From the NCBI GenBank assembly GCA_035627015.1, contig DASPMO010000103.1, positions 1,617 to 65,616 of the forward strand: DNA of 64,000 nucleotides, given 5' to 3'. The notes under the pieces are model-generated. The model saw only the letters and a list, made by a program, of their open reading frames with translations, made no database searches and was not told the origin of the DNA. This stretch comes from Thermoanaerobaculia bacterium (GTDB lineage Bacteria; Acidobacteriota; Thermoanaerobaculia; Gp7-AA8). Both the position numbers and the translations under genes were made by a program. Positions 10,189-23,116 of this stretch are shown one piece after another (the first letter of the stretch is position 1; each line of letters opens with the position of its first letter).

Positions 10189-11736
10189 TCAATAGCCTCC
10201 TGCGGCGCCGCCGCGTCTCGGGTCGGCAACGGCGACGAGGCGGCCATTCTCGAACAGAATCGCGTGCACGTCGCCGATCGACTGGCGATGCGCCACGGCG
10301 TGCCCCTTCTCGTTCAGCCATTGCACGACGAGCTGCGGCGCGCTGCGCTCGACCAGCATCTCGTCGGGGGTGGCCGCGTGGTGCCAGCGCGGGGCGGCCA
10401 CGGCATCGGGGAGCGACTTGCCGTGCACGACGACATTCAGGAAGACCTGCAGGATCGTCGTCGGGATGGCCGTGCCGCCGGAACTGCCGAGGGCCAGGAA
10501 GGGGCGGCCGTCGCGCAGCACGATCGTCGGTGCGAGCGACGACGCGGCGCGCCTGCCCGGCGCGATCTCGTTCGGCTGCGCGCTGAAGTCGGCATTCGCG
10601 GTGTTGAGGAAGAAGCCGAGCGACGGGACGAGGTAGCCGCTGCCGAAGTCGTCGCCGAGCGTCGTGGTGAGCGCGGCGATGTTCCCGTGGGCGTCGACGA
10701 TGGTGAGATGCGTGGTGTGCTCTCCCTCGGCCACGAGATCGCGGGGCTCGGCGAGGCTGCTGGTGGCCGCGACGCGGTCGCCGATCGTGCCGCGCCACTG
10801 CTCGCCGCGCTTGCGCGAGAGCAGCTCGCGATATGGAATGCGCACGCCCGCGGGATCGGCGACGTAGCGGTGGCGATCGATGTACGCGCGGCGCTGCGCC
10901 TCGACGAGGAGATAGAGCGCCTTCGGCGTCTGGAAGCCGGCCGCGCGGAGGTCGTCGCCGGCGAGGATGTTCAGCGTTCCGCCGATGACCAGTCCTCCGC
11001 CCGACGGCGGCGCGACGGTGTAGATCTCGTATTCGCCGTACACGAGCTTGAGCGGCGCGCGCCACACCGGCGCATAGTCGGCGAGGTCGCGGTAGCCGAT
11101 CACGCCGCCGGCGCTCTTCGCCCCCTCCACGAGCTTCTTCGCGAGATCGCCGTGGTAGAAGTCGCGCGCCCCGTGCTCGGCGAGGCGCTGCAGTGTGGCC
11201 GCGAGCTCGGGCGGCGGAAGCTTCTCCGGCAGCTCGAGCTTGCGCAGGTTCTTCGCGTTGGCCACGTCGGCCGCGAGCTCGGCGTCGTCGCGCGGCCCTT
11301 CGCGCGCGAGCAGCAGCGCCGGCTCGGCCAGCTCTTTCCACGCGCGCTTGCCGAAGCGCTCGTGCAGCGCGTGCAGGCCGGCCACGGTGCCGGGGACGCC
11401 CGCCGCGGCGGCGCCGGTTTTCGTTTCCTTGTTGGCCAGGCGGGGCGCGGTCTCGCGGAAGTCGAGCGTCCAGACACCGCGGGTCTCGGCGTCGTAGTAC
11501 GTGGCGAAGCCGCCGCCGCCGAGGTTGCCCGATTGCGGACGCACGACCGCGAGCGCGAGCGCGACGGCCACCGCCGCATCCGCGGCAGTGCCGCCGCGCT
11601 GCAGCACGGCCAGTCCGGCTTTCGTGGCCAGGGGATGATCGGAGGAGACCGCGGCTTTCTTTGCCGTGACGCTGCCGCCCGCGTACGCGCTCGCAGCGAG
11701 GAGGAGGACTGCCGCGGCCTGCGCGGCGCGCTTCAC
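10189..11736 (-). CDS. ggt: Gamma-glutamyltransferase
   Basis: It has a signal peptide, SSDHPLATKAGLAVLQRGGTAADAAVA, an autoprocessing site around EGEHTTHLTIVD and GSSGG. Confidence 0.9.
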   Translation of the reverse strand: MKRAAQAAAVLLLAASAYAGGSVTAKKAAVSSDHPLATKAGLAVLQRGGTAADAAVAVALALAVVRPQSGNLGGGGFATYYDAETRGVWTLDFRETAPRLANKETKTGAAAAGVPGTVAGLHALHERFGKRAWKELAEPALLLAREGPRDDAELAADVANAKNLRKLELPEKLPPPELAATLQRLAEHGARDFYHGDLAKKLVEGAKSAGGVIGYRDLADYAPVWRAPLKLVYGEYEIYTVAPPSGGGLVIGGTLNILAGDDLRAAGFQTPKALYLLVEAQRRAYIDRHRYVADPAGVRIPYRELLSRKRGEQWRGTIGDRVAATSSLAEPRDLVAEGEHTTHLTIVDAHGNIAALTTTLGDDFGSGYLVPSLGFFLNTANADFSAQPNEIAPGRRAASSLAPTIVLRDGRPFLALGSSGGTAIPTTILQVFLNVVVHGKSLPDAVAAPRWHHAATPDEMLVERSAPQLVVQWLNEKGHAVAHRQSIGDVHAILFENGRLVAVADPRRGGAAGGY

Positions 11737-12512
11737 TTGCGCGTCCTCCGGCGATTCCGGTCATAGATCAGCTTCAGACCTTTGAGCGTGAGCTCGGGAT
11801 CGACGATCTCGATGTGCTCGCTGTCGTCGGCGAACTGCGACGCCAGTCCGCCGGTGGCGATGACGCGCTTGAGGTCGGGCACTTCGCGCTTGATGCGCGC
11901 CAGGATGCCGTCAACCAGGCCGAGATAGCCGAAGTAAATGCCGGACTGCATGTTCACGACGGTGTTCGTGCCGATGACGTGCTCGGGACGCCGCACGTCG
12001 ACGCGCGGCAGGCGCGCCGCCCGTGCGAACAGCGCCTCGGCGGAGATGTTCAGTCCGGGCGCGATGACGCCGCCGACGAACTCCGCGTTCGCGGTGACGA
12101 CGTCGAAGGTGGTGGCGGTGCCGAAGTCGACGATGACCGTCGGGCCGCCGTACTCGTGGTGCGCGGCGGCGCAGTTGACGATGCGGTCCGCGCCGACTTC
12201 GAGCGGGTTGTCGACGTGGATGGCAATGCCGGTCTTCACCCCCGGCTCGACGAACATCGGCTCGACGCCGAAGTACTTCTGGACCATGAAAGCCATGGCG
12301 CCGTTGAGCGGCGGGACGACCGAGGCGACGATGGCGCCCTCGAGCTGCGCGTGCAGGTCGCCGACGAGCTGCCGGGCCAGGATGCCGTATTCGTCCGCGG
12401 TGCGCTCGCGCGCCGTGGCCAGCCGCCACGAGCTCACCAGCTCCGCGCCGCGATAGACGCCGAGGACGAGGTTCGTGTTGCCGAGATCGACGACGAGGAG
12501 GTTGGACGACAT
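11733..12512 (-). CDS. coaX: Type III pantothenate kinase
   Basis: LLVVDLGNTNLVLGVY plus the ...VVDFGTATTFD... motifs, 259 aa. It overlaps the ggt start by 4 nt. Confidence 0.9.
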   Translation of the reverse strand: MSSNLLVVDLGNTNLVLGVYRGAELVSSWRLATARERTADEYGILARQLVGDLHAQLEGAIVASVVPPLNGAMAFMVQKYFGVEPMFVEPGVKTGIAIHVDNPLEVGADRIVNCAAAHHEYGGPTVIVDFGTATTFDVVTANAEFVGGVIAPGLNISAEALFARAARLPRVDVRRPEHVIGTNTVVNMQSGIYFGYLGLVDGILARIKREVPDLKRVIATGGLASQFADDSEHIEIVDPELTLKGLKLIYDRNRRRTRK

Positions 12513-12538
12513 CGCGGCGGATGTTACGCGTATGGAGT

Positions 12539-12637
12539 GCGGCAGCGCCAGCTGCCGCTCTCTATGCGGAGGCGCCAGCCTCCGCCCCCGCCGCAGCTCG
12601 CGCTGCGGCGATGGAAAGCGGCAGCTGGCGCTACCGC
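12539..12637. repeat. ~100-nt palindromic element folding as a three-way junction (long outer stem plus two 8-bp tetraloop hairpins)
   Basis: The outer arm gcggcagcgccagctgccgct (12539-12559) pairs with agcggcagctggcgctaccgc (12617-12637). Inner hairpins are gcggaggc-gcca-gcctccgc (12566-12585) and gccgcagc-tcgc-gctgcggc (12590-12609). Confidence 0.7.
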
Positions 12638-13383
12638 AGTCCAGACGCTACGCGTTCCCGCGTGAGCTGCGTGACGATCTCGCGCTGCAGTTCCTCGGGA
12701 GTCGCCTTGCCCTTCCACCGCTCGGTGTAGAACGCGGCGAAGGCGTCGCGGTAGGCGATCCAGGCGCGCTGCGCGTCGCGGAGAAGCTCGCTCCGTTCCA
12801 TGGCGCGGTAGACGCGGTTCAACTCACTGTCCGCGCGTTTCGCCTCCGCCGCGCTCGCGGCCGGGGCGCGTTCCTTCGAGAACCGCTCCAGCGCGGTCAC
12901 GAGGCGCTCCTTCTGTTCCATCTCCGCGCCGAGGGCAATGGCGGCGTAGGCGGTGCCGCCGCGGCTCAGCTCTCCGATGCGCTCGGATTCCGCGCGCACG
13001 AAGGCGAGGCCGGACTTGCGGATCGCGTCGGGAAACGCGGCCAGCCTGCGGTCGAGCTCCGGCATCACCTTCTCGTACTGCTTGTGCGCGCAGTACGACA
13101 TGCCGTAGCCGCTGGTGACGTACTGGCAGAAATCGAGCGGCTCCTTCTCCTTCCCCGCGCGCATGCGCTGCAGGTGCTCCGTCATGCCGGTGAACTCGGC
13201 CGGGGCCATGTCCTCCTCCGCGAGGCAGAGAAAATAGGCGGCGGCGTTGAAGTCGCGCTTCACGCCGTCGCCGTTGGCATACCGCTCGGCGAGCTCGCGA
13301 TGGTTCGCATCGGGGGGAACCGCGGGCGGCTTGTAGCCGAACTTCGCGCAGTCGATGGCCGCGGCCAGAAGGAGCGCGATCAT
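12631..13383 (-). CDS. DUF1311 (LprI-like) domain protein with a Sel1-like segment
   Basis: ELNRVYRAMERS...DAQRAWIAYRDAFAAFY is the DUF1311 signature, and ERYANGDGVKRDFNAAAYF is Sel1-like. It has a hydrophobic N-terminus. Confidence 0.6.
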   Translation of the reverse strand: MIALLLAAAIDCAKFGYKPPAVPPDANHRELAERYANGDGVKRDFNAAAYFLCLAEEDMAPAEFTGMTEHLQRMRAGKEKEPLDFCQYVTSGYGMSYCAHKQYEKVMPELDRRLAAFPDAIRKSGLAFVRAESERIGELSRGGTAYAAIALGAEMEQKERLVTALERFSKERAPAASAAEAKRADSELNRVYRAMERSELLRDAQRAWIAYRDAFAAFYTERWKGKATPEELQREIVTQLTRERVASGLR

Positions 13384-14137
13384 GCGAGAAAGAGGTCCCC
13401 CGCGCTGACCGCGATCTCACCCTCCGCCGTGCGCAGCTTCGCGCGGCCGTAATCGTCGATGCCGATCCACGTGCCGTCGATGGTGCGCTCGCCGAGGACG
13501 CAATGGATCGCGTCGCCCGGCTCGTGCACGGAGCGCTCGCGCCAGTCGGCGAGGATGGCCGCGCGCTCGAAGGGGCGGGAGAGATAGTCGTCGAGGGAGT
13601 GCACGAACGCGCGGGTGGCGCCTTCGATCCCGTCGAAGTCGCGCCTGGCCACCTCGCTGATGGCCACCGCGTTCGGGCGCGTGTCGTCCTGCACCGGCTC
13701 CACGTTGACACCCATGCCGATGAGCAGGAACACGCGGTCGTCCTGGATGCGCGCTTCCATGAGGATGCCGGCGATCTTGCGGCGGTCGACGAGGACGTCG
13801 TTCGGCCACTTGATGCGCGCGTCGATGCCGTACTCCCCGCGCAGCCAGGAGGCGATGAACGCGGCCATGGCCATCGGCACCAGCGGCAGCTCGCTCACGG
13901 GGCGCGTGACGAGCGCCGTCGCGTAGATCCCTTTGCCGGGAGGCGACGACCAGCGGCGGTCGTTGCGGCCGCGCCCCGCGAACTGCTCGCCGGCGATGAT
14001 GACCGCCTGCGGCAGCGAGAGCTCGTTCTCGATGCACTCCGTCACGATGCGCCGCGCGATGAGGTTGGTCGAGGCCACACGCGGAATCACCGCGACGGAT
14101 TCGATCGCCTTCAGATCGCGGACGATGCGGGTATCGA

Positions 14138-14141
<4 letters not shown>
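13380..14141 (-). CDS. birA: Biotin--[acetyl-CoA-carboxylase] ligase
   Basis: It has the GRGRNDRRWSSPPGKGIY biotin-binding loop and KWPNDVLV. There are 4-nt overlaps with both neighbours. Confidence 0.85.
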
Positions 14142-16765
<2,624 letters not shown>

Positions 16766-16801
16766 GGCTGAAACCGCGAAGGGGACGGAATGATACCGGA
16801 C

Positions 16802-16851
16802 GTAGGGCGGGCTTCAGCCCGCCCATCCCGACGGGCTGAAGCCCGTCCTAC
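16802..16851. repeat. REP-type palindromic element (same family as 3839)
   Basis: gtagggcgggcttcagcccgcc-catccc-gacgggctgaagcccgtcctac. Confidence 0.85.
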
Positions 16852-16970
16852 GTCACCCACCATATTCGTCACCCACACGTCACACCCACAACTCCCCTGA
16901 ATAGAGTATTTTGTTCCGTCAATCGACGATCGTTCTCGTCACAGTCGATCAATCCATCAGGAGGCATCAT

Positions 16971-19970
16971 TTGAAGTTCTCACGGTACCTCGCAGTCGTT
17001 GCACTCCTGCTCGTAGCGTCGCTCAGCGCGCTGGGGCAGGGCACGACCGCGACGCTGTCCGGAACCGTCACCCACCAGGGGACGGGACTGCCGGGCGTCA
17101 CGGTCACCATCTCTTCGCCCAATCTCCAGGGCGTCCGCACGACCGTCACGAACGAAGCCGGTGGCTACACGTTCCCGTCGATTCCGCCGGGACAGTACTC
17201 CGTCAAGTTCGAGATGGAAGGTATGTCGGCCATCGAGCAGTCGGTTCGCGTGAGCCTCGCCTCCACGGCGCGCGCTGATGCGGATCTCCGCCTCTCGGCA
17301 GTCACCGACGCGATCACCGTCACGGCCTCGGCCCCGGCGGTGCTCGAGACACAGGAAGTGCAGTCGAACATCACCGCCGAGGCGGTGGCAGAGCTGCCCA
17401 TCCAGCGCACGCTGCAGGCCACGACGCTGCTGGCGCCCGGTGTCAGCGTGAACGCGAACACGAACGGCATCCAGATCTCCGGCGCATACTCGTACGACAA
17501 CCTGTTCCTCGTGAACGGCGCGGTCACGAACGAGAACCTGCGCGGCCAGACGCACAACCTCTTCATCGAGGACGCGATCCAGGAGACGACGGTCATGACC
17601 GGCGCGATCTCCGCGGAGTTCGGCCGCTTCACCGGCGGCGTGGTCAGCGCGATCACGAAGTCGGGCGGCAACGAGTTCCACGGCTCGATCCGCGACTCGC
17701 TGACCAACTCGTCCTGGACCGAGACGTCGGATTTCGGCGAAGCGGATCCGGTCGACAAGATCAACTCCGTCTACGAAGGCACTCTCGGCGGCCGCATCAT
17801 CCGCGACCGTCTCTGGTTCTTCGCCGCCGGCCGTCTGTCCGAGCTGTCGACCTCGCAGACGTACACCCGCAGCACCACCAACTTCACCTTCGGCGACGAA
17901 GAGACGCGCCTCGAGGCCAAGCTCACCGGCCAGATCACGCCGAAGCACACCCTCGTCGGCTCGTACTTCGACATCAAGCGCGACCAGACCAACAACTGCT
18001 TCGTCTCCTGCTTCGAAGATACGAACATCGACCTGGCGCGCTCGCTGCCGAACAACTTCCTCACCGCCCAGTACTCGGGCGTGCTGACGAACAACTGGCT
18101 CGTCGACGCCACCTACTCGAAGAAGTACTACGCGTTCGAGGGGAGCGGCGGCGACCTGCGCGCCACCCTCGGCAGCGCTCCGATCGCCGACGTGGCCCGC
18201 GCCACCGCCGGCTGGGACGGCGCCGTCACGGGCGCGTTCTTCGGCGCGCCGGTCTTCTGCGGCACCTGCGATCCGGAAGAGCGCAACAACTACGCGTACG
18301 GCCTGAAGTCGACGTACTTCCTCGGCACCAAGTCCCTCGGCAGCCACAGCATCGTGGCCGGCTACGAGAACTGGTCCGAGCAGCGCATCGCCAACAACTT
18401 CCAGTCCGGCTCCGACTTCTTCGTCAACGTCTACAACTTCTCCCCGGAGGACGGGATGGTGAACGGACGCACGCGTCCGATCATCGAGGCCGGCGACGCC
18501 ATCGCCTGGTGGCCGATCCTGGAGTTCACCCAGGGCTCCGACTGGAAGACGAACTCGTTCTACGTCAACGACAAGTGGGACCTCAACCCGCACCTCAGCT
18601 TCAACCTCGGCGTGCGCTTCGACGCCAACGAAGGCCGCGACTCGTCGGGCAACCTCATCGCCGATGACGCGGAGTTCAGCCCGCGCCTCGGCGCGATCTA
18701 CGACCTGCGCGGCGACGGCCGCGTACGCCTGAACGCCAGCTACAGCCGCTACGTCTCCCGCATCGCCGAGACCATCGGCGGCTCGGCCGGCCGCGGCGGC
18801 AACCCGGCTGCCTTCTACTGGGAGTACGACGGCGACACCATCAACGCCGATCAGTCGCTCGACTATGTCGGCGCCTTCACGCAGCTCCTGCAGTGGTTCC
18901 AGGCCAACGGCGAAGTGACCATCCCGACCGCGTACGGCAATGTCACGGTGCCGGGCGTCGACCGCCTCTTCTTCATCGACGTCCCGGGCCTGACCTCGCA
19001 GTTCAACGGCACGCTCAAGTCGCCCTCCGTCGACGAGTTCACCGTCGGCGCCGGCTTCCAGATCGGTCCGAACGGCTTCCTCCGCGCGGACCTCATCCAC
19101 CGCGACTGGAAGAACATGTATGCCCGCCGCATCGACCAGACCACCGGCTCGGTGCTCTATGAGCCGTTCGGCCTCGACTTCGACCTCGGTCTCGTGGAGA
19201 ACACGGAGGAGCTCGAGCGCTCCTACAACGGCCTGCAGCTCCAGGGCAACTACCGCCTGACCCAGCGCTTCACCATCGGCGGCAACTACACCTACTCCCG
19301 CACCTACGGCAACACGTCCGGCGAGACCTCGGCCAACGGCCCGATTCCCGACGCGACCTTCCAGTACGGCGAGTACAAGAACTTCGCGCAGAACAGCCCC
19401 GAAGGGCTGCTGGCGGGCATCGATCAGACGCACAAGGCCCGCGTGTGGGCCTCGATCGACCTGCCGACCCCGGTCGGCGCGTTCAACTTCAGCGTCCTCC
19501 AGCGCTTCGACTCCGGCACGCCGTACGGCGCCATCGGCACCATTGACCTGCGCGAGCGCACCAGTTTCTACGCGAACGGCACCCCGGGCGGCGTCGCCAA
19601 CCCCGGCTACGTCACCCCGCCGAACCAGGTGAACTACTACTTCACCGATCGCGACGCGTTCCGCTGGGACGACGAGATCTCGACCGATCTCGGCATCAAC
19701 TACGAGCTGCCGATCCGCAGCCTCGGACTGTTCGTCCAGGCCGACATCGTCAACGTCTTCAACCAGCAGGCCGTGATCAACGGCGACACGACGGTCTACA
19801 CGCACCGCAACGATCCGGAAGGCCTCCTCGGCCGCTTCAACCCGATCGCCGGCGACGTGCCCGTCGAGGGCGTGCACTACGCGTTCGGCGAAGACTTCGG
19901 TCAGGCCGTCTCGCAGAACAGCTACCAGCTGCCGCGCACGTACCGCTTCTCGCTGGGACTGCGCTTCTAG
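16971..19970 (+). CDS. TonB-dependent receptor-like outer-membrane protein with an N-terminal carboxypeptidase-regulatory-like domain
   Basis: It has a signal peptide LKFSRYLAVVALLLVASLSALGQG. GTVTHQGTGLPGVTVTISSPN..TNEAGGYTFPSIPPGQYSV is CarboxypepD_reg. A long beta-barrel region ends in ...YRFSLGLRF. The TTG at 16971 follows AGGAGG; the ATG at 16911 is the alternative start. Confidence 0.85.
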   Translation: MKFSRYLAVVALLLVASLSALGQGTTATLSGTVTHQGTGLPGVTVTISSPNLQGVRTTVTNEAGGYTFPSIPPGQYSVKFEMEGMSAIEQSVRVSLASTARADADLRLSAVTDAITVTASAPAVLETQEVQSNITAEAVAELPIQRTLQATTLLAPGVSVNANTNGIQISGAYSYDNLFLVNGAVTNENLRGQTHNLFIEDAIQETTVMTGAISAEFGRFTGGVVSAITKSGGNEFHGSIRDSLTNSSWTETSDFGEADPVDKINSVYEGTLGGRIIRDRLWFFAAGRLSELSTSQTYTRSTTNFTFGDEETRLEAKLTGQITPKHTLVGSYFDIKRDQTNNCFVSCFEDTNIDLARSLPNNFLTAQYSGVLTNNWLVDATYSKKYYAFEGSGGDLRATLGSAPIADVARATAGWDGAVTGAFFGAPVFCGTCDPEERNNYAYGLKSTYFLGTKSLGSHSIVAGYENWSEQRIANNFQSGSDFFVNVYNFSPEDGMVNGRTRPIIEAGDAIAWWPILEFTQGSDWKTNSFYVNDKWDLNPHLSFNLGVRFDANEGRDSSGNLIADDAEFSPRLGAIYDLRGDGRVRLNASYSRYVSRIAETIGGSAGRGGNPAAFYWEYDGDTINADQSLDYVGAFTQLLQWFQANGEVTIPTAYGNVTVPGVDRLFFIDVPGLTSQFNGTLKSPSVDEFTVGAGFQIGPNGFLRADLIHRDWKNMYARRIDQTTGSVLYEPFGLDFDLGLVENTEELERSYNGLQLQGNYRLTQRFTIGGNYTYSRTYGNTSGETSANGPIPDATFQYGEYKNFAQNSPEGLLAGIDQTHKARVWASIDLPTPVGAFNFSVLQRFDSGTPYGAIGTIDLRERTSFYANGTPGGVANPGYVTPPNQVNYYFTDRDAFRWDDEISTDLGINYELPIRSLGLFVQADIVNVFNQQAVINGDTTVYTHRNDPEGLLGRFNPIAGDVPVEGVHYAFGEDFGQAVSQNSYQLPRTYRFSLGLRF

Positions 19971-20029
19971 TCCTCGTTGTTCCACAGCTGTACACGCTCC
20001 GGTCCATCCGGGCCGGAGCGTTTTCTTTT

Positions 20030-22087
20030 ATGCGCCGTTTTTCTCTTCTCTTGCTGCTTCTCGGCGTCGCCTGCTCCCGCTCGAGATCGCCGGAACATCC
20101 GTCGTCTCCGAACGCGCCGGTGATCGTGATCTCGGTCGATACCTTGCGCGCCGACCATCTCCCGGCCTACGGCTACAAGGGGGTGGAGACACCACACATC
20201 GACGCCCTGCGCCGCGATGGCGTGCTGTTCGAGCGGGCGTACTCGCACGCGCCGCTCACGCTGCCGTCCCACGTCTCGATGCTCACGGGGAAGCTGCCGT
20301 TCGAGCACGGCGTGCGCAACAACCTCGGGTTTTCGCTGGCCTCGTCGGTCCCCACACTGCCTTCGCTGTTGAAGTCCCGCGGCTATGCGACGGGCGCGGC
20401 GGTGTCGGCATACGTGCTGCGCGGTACCACGGGACTCGCTGCCTCGTTCGATGACTATGACGATGCCGTCGCCATCCGCGGAGGCGAGTCGTTCGGCGCG
20501 CAGCAGCGCCCGGGCCGCGAGACCGTGGCCGTGGCCCGCACCTGGATCGAGCGGCACAAGGGTGCGCCGTTCTTCTACATGCTGCACCTCTTCGAGCCGC
20601 ACACGCCGTACACCCCGCCCGAGCCGCACCGCAGCCGCTGGGCGCTGCCGTACGACGGCGAGATCGCAACCGCCGACGAGATCGTCGGGGAGCTCATCGC
20701 CTCGCTGAAACAGCAGGGGATCTACGACGACGCACTCATCGTCTTCCTCTCGGATCACGGTGAAGGGCTCGGCGACCACGGCGAGGCGGAGCACGGGATC
20801 TTCCTCTACCAGGAGGCGATCCGCGTCCCGCTGATCGTGAAGCTGCCGGGCAATGCGCGCGCGAACAGTTCCTCCGCCGCGCCGGTCGGCCTGACCGACG
20901 TCTTCGCGACCGTGGCGCGCACGGTAGGGGCGGAAGCCGCGGGCGTCTCGCTGTTCGACCCGCCACGGCCGCGGCGCATCTACGCGGAGTCGCTCTATCC
21001 GCGCATTCACCTCGGCTGGAGCGAGCTGCGCTCGCTCGTCGACGAGACCCATCAGTACATCGAGGCGCCGAAGCCGGAGCTGTACGACCTCGCCGCCGAT
21101 CCTTCGGAAAAGTCGAACGTCCTCTCGGAGCAGCGGCGGGTATACGCGGCATTGCGCACGGAGCTCGAGAAGCTTCCGCGCGGCGAGTCCACCACCGGCA
21201 ACATCGACCCGGAGGAGGCGAAGAAGCTGGCCGCCCTCGGCTATCTCAGCGCCACCGCGCCGTCGGGCGGCGGCCCGCTGCCCGACCCGAAAGACCGCAT
21301 CGGCGAGCTGGCTACGCTGCAGCGTGCGTCGATGCTGGTGAAGGAGCGCCGCTACGCCGAGGCCATCGCCTCGCTGCGCTCGCTCGTGGCCGCGAATCCG
21401 CGGCTGACGGACGCGTGGAGCCTGCTCGCGCGCACGCAGCAGGACGCCGGCGATTTCGACGGTGCCATCGCCACGTACCGTCAGACGCTCTCCGCGCATC
21501 CGCAGCTCGCGGGCGACCTCGGCCTCTCCGTGGCCGGCCTGTATCTCACCAAGGGCGATCTCGCGCAGGCCGAGGCGCACGCGCGCCTCGGTGAGTCCAC
21601 GAATCCTTCGCTCGCCCACCTCATGCTCGGCCGCGTGGCGATGGCCCGCGGCGACTACGACGCGGCCATGCAGCACGCGCAGTCCGTGTCGAACGAATAC
21701 GGCTATCGCGTGCAGGGACTGGTGCTCGCCGCGCAGGTCTACTCGCGCGCGCGCAACGCCGACCGCGCACTGCAACTCCTCGCCCAGGCCGATCGCGAGA
21801 TCGCGGAGCGGAAGCTCGGCGCGATCCCCCTGCTCGAGTACACACGCGGCGACGCGCTGGCGCGGCTCGAACGATTCGACGAGGCCGAGGCCGCGTTCCG
21901 CAGGGAGATCCGCGACTTTCCCGAGGATCGGGAAGCGTGGGCCAGCCTCGCCGTCATCCAGTGGCTGCGCGGCCAGCGCGATGCTTCGCGAGCCACGATG
22001 GAGCAGTACGTGCGCGCCAACCCCTCGCCCGACGCGCGTGCCTTCGCGGCCAAGACCTTCCGCGAGCTCAACGCGCCGCCGTCATAG
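20030..22087 (+). CDS. Sulfatase-like hydrolase/transferase (alkaline-phosphatase superfamily) fused to C-terminal TPR repeats
   Basis: It has a lipoprotein-like signal (LLLLGVAC), VISVDTLRADHL, SHAPLTLPSHVSMLTG and DHGEGLGDHGE. The C-terminal ~300 aa are TPR-like. Confidence 0.85.
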   Translation: MRRFSLLLLLLGVACSRSRSPEHPSSPNAPVIVISVDTLRADHLPAYGYKGVETPHIDALRRDGVLFERAYSHAPLTLPSHVSMLTGKLPFEHGVRNNLGFSLASSVPTLPSLLKSRGYATGAAVSAYVLRGTTGLAASFDDYDDAVAIRGGESFGAQQRPGRETVAVARTWIERHKGAPFFYMLHLFEPHTPYTPPEPHRSRWALPYDGEIATADEIVGELIASLKQQGIYDDALIVFLSDHGEGLGDHGEAEHGIFLYQEAIRVPLIVKLPGNARANSSSAAPVGLTDVFATVARTVGAEAAGVSLFDPPRPRRIYAESLYPRIHLGWSELRSLVDETHQYIEAPKPELYDLAADPSEKSNVLSEQRRVYAALRTELEKLPRGESTTGNIDPEEAKKLAALGYLSATAPSGGGPLPDPKDRIGELATLQRASMLVKERRYAEAIASLRSLVAANPRLTDAWSLLARTQQDAGDFDGAIATYRQTLSAHPQLAGDLGLSVAGLYLTKGDLAQAEAHARLGESTNPSLAHLMLGRVAMARGDYDAAMQHAQSVSNEYGYRVQGLVLAAQVYSRARNADRALQLLAQADREIAERKLGAIPLLEYTRGDALARLERFDEAEAAFRREIRDFPEDREAWASLAVIQWLRGQRDASRATMEQYVRANPSPDARAFAAKTFRELNAPPS

Positions 22088-22096
22088 GATGTACAC

Positions 22097-23116
22097 ATGA
22101 TCCTGGGCATCGAAACCTCCTGCGACGAGACTTCCGTGGCACTGCTCGAGAGCGACGGCCGCGTGCGCGTGAACCTCATCGCGTCGCAGATCGAGCGTCA
22201 CCAGCCGTTCGGCGGCGTCGTTCCGGAGATCGCCTCGCGCGAGCACCTCCAGCATCTCTTCCCCCTCGTCGAGCAGGCTCTCGGCGACGCGCAGGCGGAG
22301 TGGGAGAGCATCGACTCCATCGCCGTCACCGCCGGACCGGGCCTCATCGGGGCGCTGCTCGTCGGCGTGGCCGGCGCGCAGGGTCTCGCGTACGGCCTGG
22401 GCATCCCGATCGTGCCGGTGAACCATCTCGAGGGCCACATCTACTCGCCCTACCTCCAGAAGGACGGGCCGGCCACCCCGCTGCCACCCCGCTTCCTGGC
22501 GCTCGTGATCTCCGGGGGTCACTCGGCGCTGTACGACGTGCGTGGCGCGGAGGTGTTACAGATCAACCGCACCCGCGACGACGCCATCGGCGAGACCTTC
22601 GACAAAGTGGCGAAGTTCATCGGCCTCCCGTATCCCGGCGGGCCGCAGATCGAGAAGCACGCGCGGCAGGGGACGGCTGACCCGAAGCGCTTCCCCTTCC
22701 CGATGCCGCAGTTCAAGGACGAGTCGCTCGACTTTTCCTACAGCGGCATCAAGGCCGGCGCGATCCGCCTCGCGCGCGAGCACGGCATCCGCGCGGACGG
22801 CGATCCGGCCGCCCTGGCCGATTTCTGCGCCACGTTCCAGGACGCCCTTTTCGCGCAGATCTTCAATCGTTTGGATACCGTCTGGTCGAGACTCGACGAG
22901 CCGAAGCCCACCGAGATGGCCATGGCGGGGGGCGTGGCGGCGAACGGCGTCCTGCGCGAGCGCATCCTCCAGTGGGGCGAGCGGCAGGGCGTGGTCGTAC
23001 GACTGCCGGAGAAGCGTTTCTGCACCGACAACGCCGCCATGATCGCCTTTGCCGGCCTGCGGAAGGGGGGCTCGTCCGATCCGCGGCGGATCGCTGCCCG
23101 GTCACGAATCGGTTAA
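22097..23116 (+). CDS. tsaD: tRNA N6-adenosine threonylcarbamoyltransferase
   Basis: MILGIETSCDETSVALL, VNHLEGH, 339 aa. Confidence 0.95.
   Translation: MILGIETSCDETSVALLESDGRVRVNLIASQIERHQPFGGVVPEIASREHLQHLFPLVEQALGDAQAEWESIDSIAVTAGPGLIGALLVGVAGAQGLAYGLGIPIVPVNHLEGHIYSPYLQKDGPATPLPPRFLALVISGGHSALYDVRGAEVLQINRTRDDAIGETFDKVAKFIGLPYPGGPQIEKHARQGTADPKRFPFPMPQFKDESLDFSYSGIKAGAIRLAREHGIRADGDPAALADFCATFQDALFAQIFNRLDTVWSRLDEPKPTEMAMAGGVAANGVLRERILQWGERQGVVVRLPEKRFCTDNAAMIAFAGLRKGGSSDPRRIAARSRIG

Noticed and set aside
9509-11764. The 751-aa ORF that spans rpiA and runs on across ggt.
   Set aside because: Only the last ~225 aa are RpiA-like. A GTG with an AGGAGG RBS sits at 10186. The upstream part is an alternative frame of the ggt gene (10189..11736), which has the genuine motifs.
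12512-13380. The adjacency of birA and coaX, with bioY 3 kb away, considered as a special biotin/CoA module.
   Set aside because: Linkage of birA and type III pantothenate kinase is a well-known common arrangement (Baf-type fusions exist), so it is not novel.
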